Shown here in pieces: positions 62,401 to 64,000 of a DNA stretch of 64,000 nt. This DNA is from Candidatus Eiseniibacteriota bacterium (GTDB lineage: Bacteria > Eisenbacteria > RBG-16-71-46): positions 3,456,001 to 3,520,000 of the forward strand of contig OY970342.1 of the NCBI GenBank assembly GCA_963717505.1. The letters run 5' to 3'. The position numbers and the translations under genes were made by a program. How positions within the stretch are numbered: the stretch's first letter is position 1; each line of letters opens with the position of its first letter. The notes beneath the pieces were generated by a model, which had not been told where the DNA came from, did not search any database, and saw only the letters and a program-made list of their open reading frames with translations.

Positions 62401-62848
62401 CCCCTGGCGGCAGGTGGCCACGCTTCGGCCCGACGGGCAGCGGCGCATGACCTACGAAGACACCAGCGTCACGCCGGGCGCGACCTACGACTACCGGCTC
62501 GGCGTTCGAGTCGGCTTTCCGGTTCCGGGGGGCGAGGTCTACATGGGGGAGACGCGGGTCACGGTTCCCGACGTGGCAGCCGAGCCACTCGCGCTCGCAC
62601 GCGTGGCCTGGGACGGTTCGGCCGGAGCGCTGGCGGTGAAGCTCTCGCTGCCGCGCGCCGGCTCGGCGTCGTTCGAGCTGTTCGACGTCAACGGGCGGCG
62701 ACTCGGTGTCGAGCGCCTCGAAGGACTCGAAGCCGGAAGTCACGAATTGAGCTTGAGGCCCGGGCAGGCGCTCAGGCCGGGCGTGTTCTTCGCTCGCCTC
62801 ACGCAGGACCGGGAGGGAGTCTCGCGGAGGTTCGTGGTCGTGCAGTAG
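59480..62848 (+). CDS. Array gene 5: 3 Cys-rich domains, 2 IPT/TIG pairs, C-terminal module (compensating indels 61250-61345)
   Basis: RBS GGAGG, signal peptide; domains near 59570, 60635 and 61692. The IPT segment VSGDHFTEAHSVRFG lies in an alternate frame. Confidence 0.87.
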   Translation: MTTYRTWAPALATFAISGALILAAAPARSSGINLAWNDCGTAGATIQSFACDTDQGAPFSLVASFVPPAGVGALIGVSGDLRISGPELPDWWKHGFEQCRGGTGLYPDVAFAPGACANPWPGSQTAEITYRPDALDPNTAFATVRISIPDGQTEALSAASEYHAFTLRVARTLSIGPDACAGCTDPVRLLLERIQLHLAPGAGEDPVIESALASSAAYWQAEVGTPPEITGITPDSGTPGTQVDIAGTNFTGTWSVRFGEAEASYTVASDQLIHATVPPLAQTGEIQVVTSFGSASSPGIFLVPPIVSDFLPRQSPAGSEVTIQGMNFADATAVEFNGVPASFTIESASAIRATVPNGSVEGPIRVTSPSGVGVSSQSFALGSPQGMLNLSWDECGLAGTDLKNFSCLTNFGPFDLIASFVPPPGIEEVVGMTATLRVTSDALPNWWGQSGTFCRGLCSTVDFSDDSGCTDLWALRGAQAFQNLELGYFGPGSARLTTWAYSTLGALDPATEYLAFRIVVASHPSRSSACDIQQGPMDFALDEIQLLQANSVVTPIHDVLNRNTAHWQGQSGPRPRVDAFSPAAGAPGTSVIGFRRPLHRGTLGALRRVRGVVQGGVRRAQISATVPPGARTGAIRVASPYGSDTSDESFIVAPRILSFTPRQALVGATVWIQGENLGDATQVTFHDGVSAAFQIISDSELRATVPAGAADGAIRVANPGGEGASKLSFVVGDDFVPGINLSWDDCGEAGATLYTFACDENSGAPFAMVASFLPPAGVAEFVGLSATLMIESESEILPSWWQHGLGYCRGTTRLSTAFDFRSGPYSCRDPFLGLGAGGYDYESHWDRPNLARLRIQCAVPYEMRGAVEPSDEYFAFKVHILRSKTTGDGACSGCDEPVSISLSEIQLFQPAFRGFDPIIATPHGASVISWQATKTTTPVLVSVVTTEATPDRVRLVWQTEDVDHATVQRREAEGPWRQVATLRPDGQRRMTYEDTSVTPGATYDYRLGVRVGFPVPGGEVYMGETRVTVPDVAAEPLALARVAWDGSAGALAVKLSLPRAGSASFELFDVNGRRLGVERLEGLEAGSHELSLRPGQALRPGVFFARLTQDREGVSRRFVVVQ

Positions 62849-62876
62849 AGTTGCCAGCCGTCCTCGGAGGTCGCTC

Positions 62877-64000
62877 GTGACGCACCGGGAAGCGTCTCAG
62901 ACGTCCCATCGTTTCCCAGGCGCCGCGAGCCACGGTGCCTGGGCGGCGATTGCCGTCGCCCTCATGCTGGCGGCGCCGGCCTCGCGCGCCGAACTCTCCT
63001 TCGGCGCATCGGCCTCGAGCGCGGGCTCTCCTTCGGCGCACCGATCTACTATCCGAGCGGCAGCTTTCCGAACTCGGTGCTGCTCGCGGATCTCGACCGC
63101 GACAACGATCTCGACGCGATCGTCTCGGGGACCTCGAGCAACATCGTCACCCTCTCCTGGAACCGTGGCGACGGTGTGTTCGAGAATCGGGTCGACTACC
63201 CGGCCGGAGTGCCGGTCTATGCGACCGTGGGGGACTTCGACGGCGACTCGTGGCCCGATGTCGCGGTCGCGGGCTGGGGCGGTTCCGTGACGATCCTGTA
63301 CTCGCCAGGGGAAGGATCTCCGACGATCGTCAATGTCACGGTCGGTCAGAACCCACGCTCGATCACCGCACTCGATCTGGAGGGCGACGGCGATCTGGAC
63401 CTGGCCGTGACCCGATACTCCGCGGGGACCGTGGCCTTGCTCGTGAACACCGGCGGGGTCTTCGCGCTCGGCAGCGAGGTGCCGGCGCGTCCGGCCAAGT
63501 CGATCACGGCTGCGGACATCGATGCCGACGGGAGGCCGGATCTGATCACCGGCAGTCACGAAGGCTACGTGACGATCCTGCGCCAGACCGGCGCTGGCGG
63601 CTTCGCGCGAACCGATCTCTCGGCCGGGGGAGTCGTTTCGATGGCCGTCGCCGTCGATCTCAACGGCGACGGAAGGCTCGACCTCGCGACCGCGAACGAG
63701 GACAACTCGGCTTCCGTCCTCTTGAACCTGGGCGGCGGCGCCTTTGCGCCCCGGGTCCTGTACACGGTGGGCAACCTGGCGCAATCGCTCGACACCGGCG
63801 ATATCGACGACGACGGCGACATGGATCTGGTGGTCGCGAACTACTCGCAAAGCACGGCTTCGATTCTGCTGAACAACGGGGCGGGGGCGTTCCCGGAGAT
63901 ACAGGCATTCGCGGCGGGGGAGCGACCCCGTGACGTGGTTGTCGGGGACGTCAACGGGGACGGGCAGCTCGATCTCGCGACGTCGAATGACCAACCCGCG
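62877..64000 (+). CDS. FG-GAP/VCBS repeat protein, 3' partial, frameshift near 63025
   Basis: Signal peptide in the 62877 frame. From 63026 another frame reads ADLDRDNDLDAI, GDFDGDSWPDVAV, DLEGDGDLDLAV, DIDADGRPDL, DLNGDGRLDLA and stays open to the window end. Confidence 0.85.

Noticed and set aside
41267-62848. Diversity-generating retroelement or shufflon behind the paralog array
   Set aside because: No reverse transcriptase or recombinase in the window, no adenine-specific template/variable repeat pair, and no inverted cassettes.
41267-62848. Repeated CxxC (CAGC) as multiheme cytochrome c motifs
   Set aside because: None is followed by His (no CxxCH); disulfides in a secreted protein are more likely.
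1-64000. Many long antisense and alternate-frame ORFs (e.g. 1316-3247 +, 12397-14730 +, 20574-22658 -, 41306-44896 -)
   Set aside because: They are Arg/Gly/Ala-rich shadows of real genes, expected from high-GC codon bias, with no domain motifs.

Overview
High-GC bacterial window. The many secreted proteins with FlgD/T9SS-type C-terminal tails suggest an FCB-group lineage such as Ca. Eisenbacteria (inference only). I found no rRNA, tRNA, CRISPR array or mobile element. Left to right: (1) a partial IPT/TIG + DNRLRE(CBM96-like) repeat surface protein with near-identical 747-bp tandem repeats; (2) a histidine kinase, receiver protein and sigma-54 activator, flanked by three sigma-54 promoters and two matching tandem enhancer sites that precede two small beta-barrels and a general-stress-type small membrane protein operon ending in a lipid kinase-PAP2 fusion; (3) a LamG/FN3 surface protein next to a double-zinc-finger anti-sigma factor, an ECF sigma factor and an exported TPR-CHAT caspase-like protease, with one ECF-like promoter motif shared by two intergenic regions; (4) metabolic and envelope genes (PLP decarboxylase, YidD-TPR fusion, acyl-ACP desaturase, fabF, MFS, YeeE/YedE pair, glycosyltransferases, ppk2, exosortase H-like pair, aroC, aroF); (5) a 21.6-kb array of five paralogous secreted proteins built from 19 copies of a ~190-aa Cys-rich domain I cannot assign to a known family, alternating with IPT/TIG pairs and ending in a shared sorting-type tail; (6) a partial FG-GAP protein. 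Scattered small indels, dense in aroC/aroF, look like long-read consensus errors. All family calls come from motif recognition, not database searches.
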